From: Hypanus sabinus
Lineage: Eukaryota
Direction: 5' to 3'
Length of the DNA: 64,000 bases
Assembly (NCBI RefSeq): GCF_030144855.1
Contig: NW_026781513.1
Location: 186,001 to 250,000, forward strand
In this document: in pieces, positions 13,580-24,710 of the stretch
How the letters are laid out: every line of letters begins with the position of its first letter
How positions within the stretch are numbered: the first letter of the stretch is position 1
Notes under the pieces: generated by a model
The model's database searches: none
Told to the model about the DNA's origin: nothing
Seen by the model: the letters and a program-made list of their open reading frames with translations, nothing else
Translations under genes and position numbers: made by a program

Positions 13580-13607
13580 CGTTTAGAGACAGCCCCGAAC
13601 CGGTGTG
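13580..13607 (+). promoter_or_regulatory. 12-RSS of J4 (cgtttagag - acagccccgaac - cggtgtg)
   Basis: 12-bp spacer; heptamer identical to that of J1. Confidence 0.75.
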
Positions 13608-13657
13608 TAATTATAACGAAGCCTACTTCGGCGACGGGACAAAGCTGGTCGTTTTAG
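13608..13657 (+). CDS. TRBJ: TCR beta J segment (J4), NYNEAYFGDGTKLVVL
   Basis: EAYFGDGT motif; donor g|gtaagc at 13658. Confidence 0.95.
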
Positions 13658-14059
13658 GTAAGCGGGCGTGAGTCTAGCGGGCCGGGTGAGGCTGACTCCG
13701 AGCGGAGGGGCTGAGGGTCACAAGGATACAGCTGGACCGGGGGGGGGAGGGGAGAGAAGAGAAATGAGAGGAGGGGGAGAGACCAAGGGACGAGAATAAG
13801 CAGAGGAAGGGAGAGATGCGGCCTGGGAGGCAGACGGAAGACAGAGGGGGGAGCAGAGAAATGAGAGATGGAGAGAGGGGGGGAGAAAGAATGCGGAGAC
13901 GGGTGGGAAAGGGGGAAGAGATGACGTGGGAGGGATGGAGGGAGAGAGAGATTTGCCCGAAGAAGAGAGATTCATTGTCTGCCGAGAAAGGTTACGGACA
14001 GGGCTGACGGCGGCAGGTGTGCAGGAGGCTGGGGGCGGGGGGGGCGGGGGGTCAGATCC

Positions 14060-14087
14060 TGTTTACAGACAGGCCCGAACTGCTGTG
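14060..14087 (+). promoter_or_regulatory. 12-RSS of J5 (tgtttacag - acaggcccgaac - tgctgtg)
   Basis: 12-bp spacer, heptamer ending in ctgtg. Confidence 0.75.
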
Positions 14088-14131
14088 TTATGACTACTAC
14101 TTCGGCGACGGGACGAAGCTGGTCGTTTTCG
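14088..14131 (+). CDS. TRBJ: TCR beta J segment (J5), YDYYFGDGTKLVVF
   Basis: YFGDGT motif; donor g|gtgagt at 14132; shorter (44 nt) than the other J segments. Confidence 0.92.
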
Positions 14132-14542
14132 GTGAGTGGGCTCACCCCCGGGGCAGAGCGGGGCTGGCGGGGAGTGCGGTGGCTTGAGGGCACGGAGTTA
14201 GACGTCTGAGGGAATGACTCCTCTTTGGGCTGTTCGCACAGCCGGGCGGTGTGTGGGGGGGGGGCGGGAGTGTCGAGTGGAAGAGGCCGCCAGACAGAAA
14301 AGAGAGTGACAGAGAGGGGTGCTAGAAGGGGATAGGGACAGCGAGGCAGCGAGGGGCAGGGGAGAGTGCGAGAAGGGTGCAGAGGGGAGGGGGGAGACAC
14401 AGACAGAGAAACAGGAATGAGCAAGAACATGTGATGGGAGAAGCTCAAGAGACGAGACAGAGAGAGAGAGAGAGCGGGGTTGATGGGAATAGACTGTGAG
14501 AAGAGACGGGTGTGCGGACACATAAGGTGAGAGGCCGGGTTG

Positions 14543-14613
14543 TGTTTTGAGACGGCCCCGAATTGGGGGGGTAATGTTACCGAAGTCTGCTTCGGCGAGC
14601 CTGGTCGTTTTCG
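14543..14613 (+). pseudogene. TRBJ: TCR beta J pseudogene (J6): NVTEVCFGE-[frameshift]-LVVF with broken RSS and donor
   Basis: Nonamer tgttttgag and spacer acggccccgaat are intact, but the heptamer is tgggggg; the GTK codons are replaced by a single c (net -8 nt); the donor reads g|atagg instead of g|gt. Confidence 0.88.
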
Positions 14614-15004
14614 ATAGGAGAGTTCCCCTCTGCCCCTGAAGTTCACTCCGAGAGGAGGGGGGGGTGGTGATGAGACCGCTAGACTTTTGAGGGACAGATG
14701 CGTTCCCAGGGGGTCGGTCGGTTTGGGCGTCGAGAGNNNNNNNNNNNNNNNNNNNNNNNNNNNNNNNNNNNNNNNNNNNNNNNNNNNNNNNNNNNNNNNN
14801 NNNNNNNNNNNNNNNNNNNNNNNNNNNNNNNNNNNNNNNNNNNNNNNNNNNNNNNNNNNNNNNNNNNNNNNNNNNNNNNNNNNAGAGACAGACAAACAGA
14901 TAGAGACATAAACAGAGAGGGGGAGAGAGTGAGGGAGAGGTAGAGAGCGAGAGAGGGAGAAAGAAAACAGACCGGACAGATAAACAGAGAGGCAATAGTC
15001 AACG

Positions 15005-15730
15005 GACAACAGGTGCAGGAGTGGGCCCTGCTAGCCTGCCCCGCCATTCACTGTGATCGTGGCTGATCATCCACAATCAGTACCCCGTTCCTGCCCTCTC
15101 CCCGTATCCCCCTGACTCCACTATCTTTCAGAGCTCTATCTAACTCTCTCTTGAAAGCATCCAGAGAATTGGCCTCCACTGCCTTCTGGGGCAGAGCATT
15201 GCACAGATCCACCAGTCTCTGGGTGAAAAAGTTTCTCCTCAACTCAGTTCTAAATGGCCCCCCCCCCTATTCTCAAACTGTGGCCTCTGGTTCTGGACTC
15301 CCCCAACATCGCGAACATGTTTCCTGCCTCCAGTGTGTCCAATCCCTTAATAATCTTATATGTTTCACTCAGATCCCCTCTCATCCTTCTAAATTCCAGT
15401 GTATACAAGCCCAGTCGCTCCAATCTTTCAACAAATGACAGTCCCGCCATTCCGGGAATTAACCTCGTGAATCTACGCTGCATTCCCTCAATAGCAAGAA
15501 TGTCCTTCCTCAGGTTTGAAGACCAAACTGCACACTATACTCCAGGTGTGGTCTCAGCAGGGTCCTGTACAACTGCAGAAGGACCTCTTTGCTCCTGTAC
15601 TCAACTCCTATACTCAAATTTGAGGGAGGACATTCTTGCTATTGAGGGAGTGCAGCGTAGGCTCACGAGGTTAATTCCCGGGATGGCGGGACTGTCATAT
15701 GTTGAAAGATTGGAGCAACTGGGCTTGTAT
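15005..15730 (-). mobile_element. CR1 fragments (- at 15005-15600, short + piece at 15620-15730)
   Basis: QRRFTRLIPGMAGLS..RMRGDL peptides on both strands. Confidence 0.85.
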
Positions 15731-15929
15731 CGCGGGTCTAAAGGGGAGGGAGGTGGAGGATGGTGGAGAGATGAGGCAGAAGAGGGGAGGCGAGAAAAGA
15801 CTTGGAAAGAGAATATTTTTCTGAACGGGGGTGGAAATCGAAAAGATCCGAGGTGCAGGGGGCCTTGTGAATCCTCCCGCAGGATTCCCTGCAGGTGGTA
15901 ATGAAGGCAAATGCATTGATTACAAGAGG

Positions 15930-16760
15930 GCAGAATCAGAATCAGAATCAGGTTTATTATCACCGGCCTTTGACGTGAAATTTGTTAACTTAGCAGCAGC
16001 AGTTCAATGCAATACACAATCTCGCACAGAGCGAGAAACAAAATAAAATAAAACATAATAATAAATAAACAAGTAAATTGTATTTTGAATACATTATTTT
16101 AAAATGTGTAAAAGCAGAAATACTGTATATTTTTAAAAGTGAGGGGTAGCGTCCGAAGATTCAATGTCCATTTAGGAATCGGATGGCAGAGGGGAAGAAG
16201 CTGTTCCTGAATTGCTGAGTGTGTGCCTTCAGGCTCCTGTACCCTCTTCCCTGATGGCAGAGGGGAAGAAGCTGTTCCTGAATTGCTGAGTGTGTGCCTT
16301 CAGGCTCCTGTACCTCTTCCCTGATGGCAGAGGGGAAGAAGCTGTTCCTGAATTGCTGAGTGTGTGCCTTCAGGCTCCTGTACCTCTTCCCTGATGGCCA
16401 GAGGGGAAGAAGCTGTTCCTGAATTGCTGAGTGTGTGCCTTCAGGCTCCTGTACATCTTCCCTGATGGCAGAGGGGAGAAGCTGTTCCTGAATCGCTGAG
16501 TGTGTGCCTTCAGGCTTCTGTAGCTCCTCCCTGACGGTAACAGTGAGAAAAAGGACATGCCCTGGGTGCTGGGAGGGGCCTTAATAATGGACACTGCCTT
16601 TCTGAGACAGCGCTCCCTGAAGATGTCCCGGGTACTTCGTAGGCCGGTGCCGAGATGGCGCTGACTAGATTTACAACCCTCTGCAGCTTCTTTGGTCCTG
16701 TGCAGTAGCCCCTCCATACCAGACAGTGATGCAGCCTGTCAGAATGCTCCCCACGGTACA
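15930..16760 (-). mobile_element. Rex1-type LINE 3' fragment with (agaatc)n tail and internal 70-bp tandem amplification
   Basis: ILTGCITVWYG..RERCLRKAVSIIK..FSLLPSGRSYRSLKAHTQRFRNSF; tail agaatcagaatcagaatcag. Confidence 0.85.
16182..16540 (-). repeat. ~70-bp tandem repeat (~5 units) amplified from a Rex1-type LINE 3' ORF segment
   Basis: gatggcagaggggaagaagctgttcctgaattgctgagtgtgtgccttcaggctcctgtacctcttccct; the - strand encodes RSLKAHTQRFRNSFFPS. Confidence 0.9.
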
Positions 16761-17019
16761 ACTAGAGAAGTCTAGAGTAAAGCTGAGACTTGATAGGGCA
16801 TTGGCGAGGGTGTACTTGCGAGCGGTTTGGAGTTCTCTATCTGCGAAAGTACGTGCTGACATTAGGGAGGGCCCATGGGGGGGCACACCAGAATGATCCC
16901 CGGAATGAAAGAGTTAGAGTACGAGGAGTGTTTGATGGCTCTGGGCCTGTACTTACTGGAGTTTAGAAAAATTAGTTAGATCTCAATCAAAACCATCCAA
17001 TATTCAAACAGGCCTGGGT

Positions 17020-18680
17020 GGAAAGGATGCTTCCTATACTGGGGAAAGTCTAGGACCAGAGGACAAAGATAGAGTGGATGTGGAGAGGATGCTTCCTATA
17101 CTGGGAAAGTCTAGGACCAGAGGGCACAGATAGAGTGGATGTGGAGAGGATGCTTCCTATACTGGGAAAGTCTAGGACCAGAGGGCACAGATAGAGTGGA
17201 TGTGGAGAGGATGTTTCCTGTAGTGGGGGAGTCTAGGACCAGAGGACACAGAGAGAGTGGATGTGGAGAGGATGTTTCCTGTACTGGGAAAGTCTAGGAC
17301 CAGAGGACACAGAGAGAGTGGATGTGGAGAGGATGTTCCCTGTACTGGGAAAGTCTAGGACCAGAGGGCACAGATAGAGTGGATGTGGAGACAATGTTTC
17401 CTGTAGTGGGGGAGTCTAGGAGCAGAAGGCACAGATAGAGTGGATGTGGCGAGCATGTTTCCTGTAGTGGGGGGAGTCTAGGACCAGAGGACACAGATAG
17501 AGTGGATGTGAAGAGGATGTTTCCTATAGTTGGGAAATCTAGGACCAGAGGAAACAGATAGAGTGGATGTGGAGAGAATGTTTCCTGTAGTGGGGGAGTC
17601 TAGGAGCAGAAGGCACAGATAGAGTGGATGTGCAGAGGATGTTTCCTGTAGTGGGGGAGTCTAGGAGCAGAGGGCACAGATAGAGTGGATGTGGAGAGGA
17701 TGTTTCCTGTAGTGGGGGGAGTCTAGGACCAGAGGACACAGAGAGAGTGGATGTGGAGAGGATGTTCAGTGGATGTGGAGAGGATGTTCCCTGTACTGGG
17801 AAAGTCTAGGACCAGAGGGCACAGATAGAGTGGATGTGGAGACAATATTTCCTGTAGTGGGGGAGTCTAGGAGCAGAAGGCACAGATAGAGTGGATGTGG
17901 CGAGCATGTTTCCTGTAGTGGGGGAGTCTAGGACCAGAGGACACAGATAGAGTGGATGTGAAGAGGATGTTTCCTATAGTTGGGAAATCTAGGACCAGAG
18001 GAAACAGATAGAGTGGATGCGGAGAGGATCTTTCCTGTAGTGGGGGAGTCTATGACCAGAGGACACATATAGAGTGGGTGTGGAGATGATGTTTCCTATA
18101 GTGTGGGAGTCTAGGATCAGAGGACACAGAGAGAGTGGATGTGGAGTGGATGTTTCCTGTAGTGGGGGAGTCTAGGACCAGAGGACACGGTTAGAGTTGA
18201 TGTGGGGAGGATGTTTCCTATAGTGGGGGAGTCTAGGACCAGAGGACACAGATAGAGTGGATGTGGCGAGGATGTTTCCTGTAGTGGGGGAGTCTAGGAC
18301 CAGAGGACACAGATAGAGTGGGTGTGGAGAGGATGTTTCCTATAGTGTGGGAGTCTAGGATCAGAGGACACAGAGAGAGAGTGGATGTGGAGTGGATGTT
18401 TCCTGTATTGGGGGAGTCTAGGACCAGAGGACACAGATAGAGTGGATTTGGAGAGGATGTTTCCTGTAGTGGGGGAGTCTAGGACCAGAGGACAAAGATA
18501 GAGTGGATGTGGAGAGGATGTTTCCTGTAGTGGGGGAGTCTAGGACCAGAGGACACAGATAGAGTGGATGTGGAGAGGATGTTTCCTATACTGGTGGAGT
18601 CTAGGACCAGAGGACACAGATAGAGTGGGGTGTGGAGAGGATGTTTCCTGTAGTGGGGGAGTCTAGGACCAGAGGGCACG
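17020..18680 (+). repeat. ~61-bp minisatellite (~27 units) from CR1 ORF2 C-terminal region
   Basis: gatagagtggatgtggagaggatgtttcctgtagtgggggagtctaggaccagaggacaca (RVDVERMFPxVGESRTRGH); embedded in a colinear CR1 fragment on both sides. Confidence 0.93.
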
Positions 18681-19409
18681 GCCTCAGAATAGAAAGATCA
18701 AGATAATTTTTTGATTGGTTCGTTATCAGTTAGGGGGTCAAAGGTCAAGAGGAGAAGGGAAGAGTATGAGTTTGAGAGGAGTAGTAAATCAGACTCGATG
18801 GGCCAAATGGCCGAATTCTACTCTCTTGTCTTGTGCCATGATGGCCTGTGTTGAAGATGGGAAAAGTGAGAGTCTGGACGGAGAGGAGAGAAGACGATTG
18901 AGAGGAGAAAGGGGACAACAGATAAGAGAATGGGGAGGAGGAGAGAGTTTACGGGGAGGGTAAGAGGGAGAGAGGTGAGGATAAAAGGTTTGCGAAGCGG
19001 GAAGGAGAGAGAGGGGATGAGAATTGGAAATAAGACGAAGAAGAGGAGAGGGAGAAGCGTGGTGGGGATTAAGGAAGGGGTGAGGCAGGACGGATGGAGT
19101 GGAGCGAGGGATTGGAAGGAGAGGGGATAGAGTGACAGAGGGAGAGGAGGAAAGGGAGTGGAAAATAGGGACGGGAAATGGAGCGAGAAGGGAGAGGGGG
19201 TGAGGGGCAGATGGCATGAGGAGGGTGAGTGGTAGGGAGAGCAGGGAGAGAGGCAAAGGGAGGGAGCTTGAGTGGAAGAGGGGTGAGGGCGTGAGGGGAT
19301 GATAATAGGGACGGAGTAAGAGAGGAGAGAGGGGACGAGAGACGAGGGAGTTATGAGGGGCTCAAAGTGAAATTGTGAATAGAGGAGAGAGAGGAAAGGA
19401 GAGAGAGGG

Positions 19410-19890
19410 GAAGTGCAAAGGGTACAGAGGAGATTTACCAGGATGCTCTCTGGTTTAGCGAGTATGGATTATGATCAGAGATTAAGGGAGCTAGGGCTTT
19501 ACTCTTTGGAGAGAAGGAGGATGAGAGCAGACATGATAGAGGTGTACAAAATATTAAGAGGAATAGACAGAGTGGACAGCCAGGGCCTCTTCCCCAGGGC
19601 ACAACTGCTCAGTACAAGGGGACGTGGCTTTAAGTTGAGGTGTGGGAAGTTCAAGGGGGATATTAGAGGAAGGTTTTTTACTCAGAGAGTGGTGGGTGCG
19701 TAGAATGCACTGCCCTGAGTCAGTGGTGGAGGCAGATACACTAGTGAAGTTTAAGAGACTACTAGACAAATATATGAAGGAATTTAAGGTGGGGATGTTG
19801 TATGGGAGGCAGGGTTTAAAGGTCAGCACAACATTGTGGGCCGAAGGGCCTGCACTGTACTATGCTGTACTACTCTATGTTCTATGCTCT
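19410..19890 (+). mobile_element. CR1 3' fragment
   Basis: QRVQRRFTRMLSGL...FFTQRVVGA; CR1 3' UTR. Confidence 0.9.
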
Positions 19891-20157
19891 GAAGTGTGGG
19901 CAGAGAGCACGAAAAGGAAGGCAGACTGAATCGAGGAAAGATTAGATGACCGAGATGCTGGTGAGGGGTCAGTCAGGTTTACCATCCCCCCGACTCTTGT
20001 GAAAACGAGCAGCGTTTAGCTCTCGAGGCTCCTGGACCCGAACCCTCAGTCCGCAGCCTACCCCTTACCTCCCCTCCCGACCCCAAAAACGTTGCCCCTG
20101 TCGCTAGGGTTTCAACGGGCAAGGGCTGAGGCCGGGACGGGCCCAACTCGCGGGGTG

Positions 20158-20210
20158 GGGGTTCGCGTTTGCGTACGACTTCGGCAGCGGGACCAAGCTG
20201 GTCGTTTTGG
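20158..20210 (+). CDS. TRBJ: TCR beta J segment (J7), [17 protein letters not shown]; open frame but weak RSS
   Basis: [12 protein letters not shown] and donor g|gtaagg at 20211; putative heptamer cggggtg at 20151-20157, poor nonamer (ggccgggac) at 12-bp spacing; 5' boundary uncertain. Confidence 0.85.
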
Positions 20211-21049
20211 GTAAGGCGACAGCCGCTCGTCCGGAGAGAGTTTGCGGGTCGTGGTGGGGAGAGTGTGTGAGGGCGCGGGTTGTGGGAGGGTGGGGGTAGA
20301 ATCAGGGGATTCAAGGGTCGCTGGGGGTCAGCCGGAGTGAGAGCGATTGAACTGTAAATAGTGGGTCCCGTTAGACCTGATGAAGTGTCCGGGCCCCGAA
20401 ACGGTGACTCCGTACCTCTCCGAAAGAAGCTGGGTTCCTTTGGCATTTTGTGTGTGTGCGTGTGAGCACTACGGACTGTCTGTCACCTCCGGAGTCCCTT
20501 GTGTTCAGAACCTGGCTGGATCCTCTGCAGCGGCGGAGGCTGGGGAGGCTTGTAGGGGGCACAGATAGGGCAGGCAGCCAGGATCCTAATCCCGAAGCGT
20601 CGGGGGTGTCTCGCACCGGAGGGAAGGGGGCAAATTCAAATGAGACGTGTGTGTGTTGGGGGGGGGGGCGTTCTTTTATTTTTTCACATGGACAGCGGTG
20701 AGTGCTTCGAATGTACTCCCGAGAGGCGGGGGTAGGGGTGGGGGGGGGCAGATACGACAGAGCTGTGACAGACCCATGGATGCACTGGGAATGGGGGAGA
20801 AGCCGCTTTGCTGTTTGGTAGCACTCGGGTCAGGCCGCACTTGGGGGATGGTGCGCGGTCCTGGTCGCCCCGTGACGGGAAGGGGTTTTTTTGTGGGGGG
20901 GTCGGGAGGGGTGAAGGGGTAGACCTGCTAGACGTTTATACGATTGCAAGAGGCAGAGTTAGAGTAGACAGCCCGTACTTTTATCCCTCGGGGGAGGGGA
21001 AGGTATCTAATACCAGAGGGCGTATACTTAAGGTGAGAGGCGGCAATAT

Positions 21050-22360
21050 CTTTTTTTATATATAATTTATTTTTATTGAAGTTCATCGTAACACAATCAT
21101 TTCCATAAGTTGTATTTCAGATAGTATACATATTTATCATATTGTCAAATCTCAATAGACAATAGACAATAGGTGCCGAAGTAGACCATTCGGCCCATCG
21201 AGCCTGCACTGCCATTCTGAGATCATGGCTGATCATCTACTATCAATACCCGGTTCCTGCCTTGTCCCCATATCCCTTGATTCCCCTATCCATAAGATAC
21301 CTATCTAGCTCCTTCTTGAAAGCATCCAGAGAATCGGCCTCCACAGCCTTCCGAGGTAGTGCATTCCACACCCCCACAACTCTCTGGGAGAAGAAGTTTT
21401 TCCTTAACTCTGTCCTAAATGACCTACCCTTATTCTCAAACCATGCCCTCTGGTACTGGACTCTCCCAGCATCTGGAACATATTTCCTGCCTCTATCTTG
21501 TCCAATCCCTTAATAATCTTATATGTTGCAATCAGGTCCCCTCTCAATCTCCACATAGAAGAATGAGGGGAGACTTGATAGAGGTATATAAAATTATGAT
21601 GCGTATAGAGTGAATGTAAGCAGGCTTTTTCCACTGAGGCTAGGGGAGAGAAAAAAAACAGAGGACATGGGTTAAGGGTGAAGGGGGGAAAGTTTAAAGG
21701 GAACATTATTCTTCACACAAGGAGAGTGGTGGGAGCGTGGAATGAGATGCCAGATGAAGTGGAGAATGCGGGCTCACTTTTGACAGTTAAGAAAAACTTG
21801 GACAGGTGCATGGATGAGAGGGGTTTGGAGGGATATGGCGCAGGTCAGTGGGACGAGGCAGAAAAATGTTTCGGCACAGCCAAGAAGGGCCGAAGGGCCT
21901 GCTTCTGTGCTGTAATGTGCTGTGGTTCAATAGTATACACTTATGAGGCATACACTTATAGAAAAGAGAGGAAAGAAAGAACAAGGAAAAGGAAAAAATG
22001 TGCACAAGTAGGGCGTGATCTCTTATTTTAAAACATATTCGTTGATCTGTGAGAATAAAATCAGGCCTGTGAGGTATTATGTTATTAGACCATTTTTTCC
22101 CAGTATGAATCAAATTGTTCCAACTGATGATTAATAGATGCTGTTAACTTCTCCATTTTGTGTAATTTCCATCCAAGCGTTCAAGGCTGGGCTCTCCTGT
22201 GATAACCATTTCCTAGTAAGAATCTTTTTACCAGCCACCAGCAGTATATTCATTAAATATTTATCTCCTTTCAACCATTCTTGAGGTACATAGCCGAAAT
22301 GTATGGTCTTGCTTTCTAAGGGTATTTCACATTTAAAGATGTCTTGTCGGCCATTGTGTA
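21050..22360 (-). mobile_element. L1-clade LINE 3' remnant interrupted by two head-to-head CR1 fragments (21155-21555 -, 21555-21920 +)
   Basis: AT-rich 21050-21155 (tttattgaag tail-like) and 21925-22360 (- strand LLVAGKKILTRKWLSQESP, typical fish L1 C-terminus) flank the CR1 pieces. Confidence 0.6.
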
Positions 22361-22559
22361 TCGAGAGGGGGTAATTTCAAAGGAGAGGTGAGGCGCAAGT
22401 TTTTTTTTTAACACAGGGAGCGGTGGGTGCCTGCAATGTGAGACCAGGAGTGGTGGTGGAGGCAGAGACGATAGAGGACGTGCAGGGAATGTAGGGAATT
22501 CCCTACACCGAATTACAGGAAGGATGTCAGCAAAATAGAGAGAGTACAGAGAAGATTTA

Positions 22560-24710
22560 TTAATACCTAATATCTAACCATTGAACCTTCAAGGATCGTT
22601 AGGTATTAATATTAAAGTAGTAAAATGGATTCAACAGCGTCTGGATGGGAGATGCCAGAGAGTAGTGGTGGATAACTGTTTGTCAGGTTGGAGGGCCAGT
22701 GACTAGTGGTGTGCCTCAGGGTTCTGTACTCGGTCCAATGTTGCTTGTCATATACATTGTTGATCTGGATGATAGGGTGGTAAATTGGATTAGTAGGTAT
22801 GCAGATGACACTAAGATAGGTGCCGTTGTGGATAATGAAGTAGGTTTTCAAAGCTTGCAGAGAGATTTTAGGCCAGTTGGAAGAGTAGGCTGAACGATGG
22901 CAGATGGAGTTTAACGCTGTTAAGTGTGAGGTGCCATATTTTGATAGTAATAATCAAAATAGGACATACATGGTAAATGGTAGGGCATTGAAGAATGCAG
23001 TAGAACTGAGTGATCCAGGAATAATGGTGCATAGTTCCCCGAAGGTGGAATCTCATGTGGATAGGGTGGTGAAGAAAGCTTTTGTTATGCTGGCCTTTAT
23101 AGATCAGGGCATTCAGTATAGGAGTTGGGATGCAATGTTAAAATTGTACAAGGCACTGGTGAGGCCGAATTTGGAGTATTGTGTACAATTCTGGTCACCG
23201 AATTATAGGAAAGATGTCAACAAAATAGAGAGAGTACGGCTGAGATTTACTAGAATGTTACCTGGGTTTCAGCACCTAAGTTACAGGGAAAGGTTGAAGA
23301 AGTTAGGTCTTTATTCTTTGGAGCGTAGAAGGTCGAGGGTGGACTTGATAGAGGTATTTAAAATTAAGAGGGGATAGACAGATTGTGAAAGTAAGCGTTC
23401 GGCACGGACTGGAAGGGCCGAGATGGCCTGTTTCCGTGCTGTAATTGTTACATGGTTAGATAGAGTTGACGTGGATAGGCTTTTTTCCATTGAGAGTAGG
23501 GGAGAGTAGGGGGTAACACGAGGGGGAATTTCTTTACTCAGAGAGTGGTAGCTGTGTGGAACGAGCTTCCAGTAGAAGTGGTAGAGGCAGGGTCGGTATT
23601 GTCACTTAAAGTAAAATTGGACAGGTATATGGATAGGAAAGGAATGGAGGGTTATGGGCTGAGTGCGGGTAGACGGGGCTAGACACGGACTAGAAGGGCC
23701 GAGATGGCCTGTTTCCGTGCTGTAATTGTTATATGGTTTATATGGAAGACATATTATTACAGTTACTTAAAAGAGAGACTCCGGGCAGGCAGCGTCTGGA
23801 GACGGTACAGGTCGCCCAGTTGCAGGAACGCTGTGTTGGGGTGAGGAGATTTGAGCAGGGGGTGCCAGAGAATACGGGAAGGTCTGATGAAGTCGGGCTG
23901 TCCACCTCAGAGGCGGGGGGGGGAGGCCTGATCAGCCCGTCAGACGTAGAATCGCCAACAGGCCACTCGGCCAGACGAGACTGCCCCGCTGATTTGCTAT
24001 CCCGCTCAACCCCGTTCATCAGACTTCTCCCTGCAACCTGGGGCGCCCTGGCTAATCAGGAACCTATAAACGTCCGTTTTCAGTACCCCCCAATGACCTG
24101 GCCTCAATAGCCGTCTGCCGCAATGAATGCCACGGATTCATCAAATCCTCCTCGTCTCTGCACGAGATGGACGTCTCGACCCCGACGCTCCCTTGTCCTG
24201 TGCTCCCCCTTCTATCGGAAATGTCTGTTTTTTTATTATTATTTTTGAAGGAGATTTTTTAAAAAGACCTACAAGGATGTTGCCTGGATTGGGGAGCATG
24301 CCCTTATGAGAATAGGCTGAGTGAACTCGGCCTTTTCTCCTTGGAGTGACGGAGGATGAGAGGTGACCTGACAGAGGTGTACAAGATGATGAGAGGCATT
24401 GATCATGTGGATAGTCAGAGGCTTTTTCCCGGGGCTGAAATGGCTGACACAAGAGGACACATGTTTAAGGTGCTGGGGGGTAGGTACAGAGGCAGGGGTA
24501 AGTTTTTTACTCAGAGAGTGGAGAGTGTGTGGAATGGGCTGCCGGCAACGGTGTTGGAGGCGGATACGATAGGGTCTTTTAAGAGACCCCCATTTAGTAA
24601 AATAGGGAGCTATAGGTAAGCCTGGTAATTACTGAGGTAGGGACGTGTTCGGCACAACTTTATGGGCCGAAGGGCCTGTATTGTGCTGTAGGTTTTCTAT
24701 GCTCTATGAA
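22560..24710 (+). mobile_element. CR1 RT fragments (22620-23730 and 24270-24710)
   Basis: TSGVPQGSVLGP..YADDTKIG; [19 protein letters not shown]. Confidence 0.88.

Noticed and set aside
23733-24110. 125-aa ORF in non-repeat sequence
   Set aside because: No recognisable domain or splice structure; begins within a CR1 tail; typical chance ORF in GC-rich DNA
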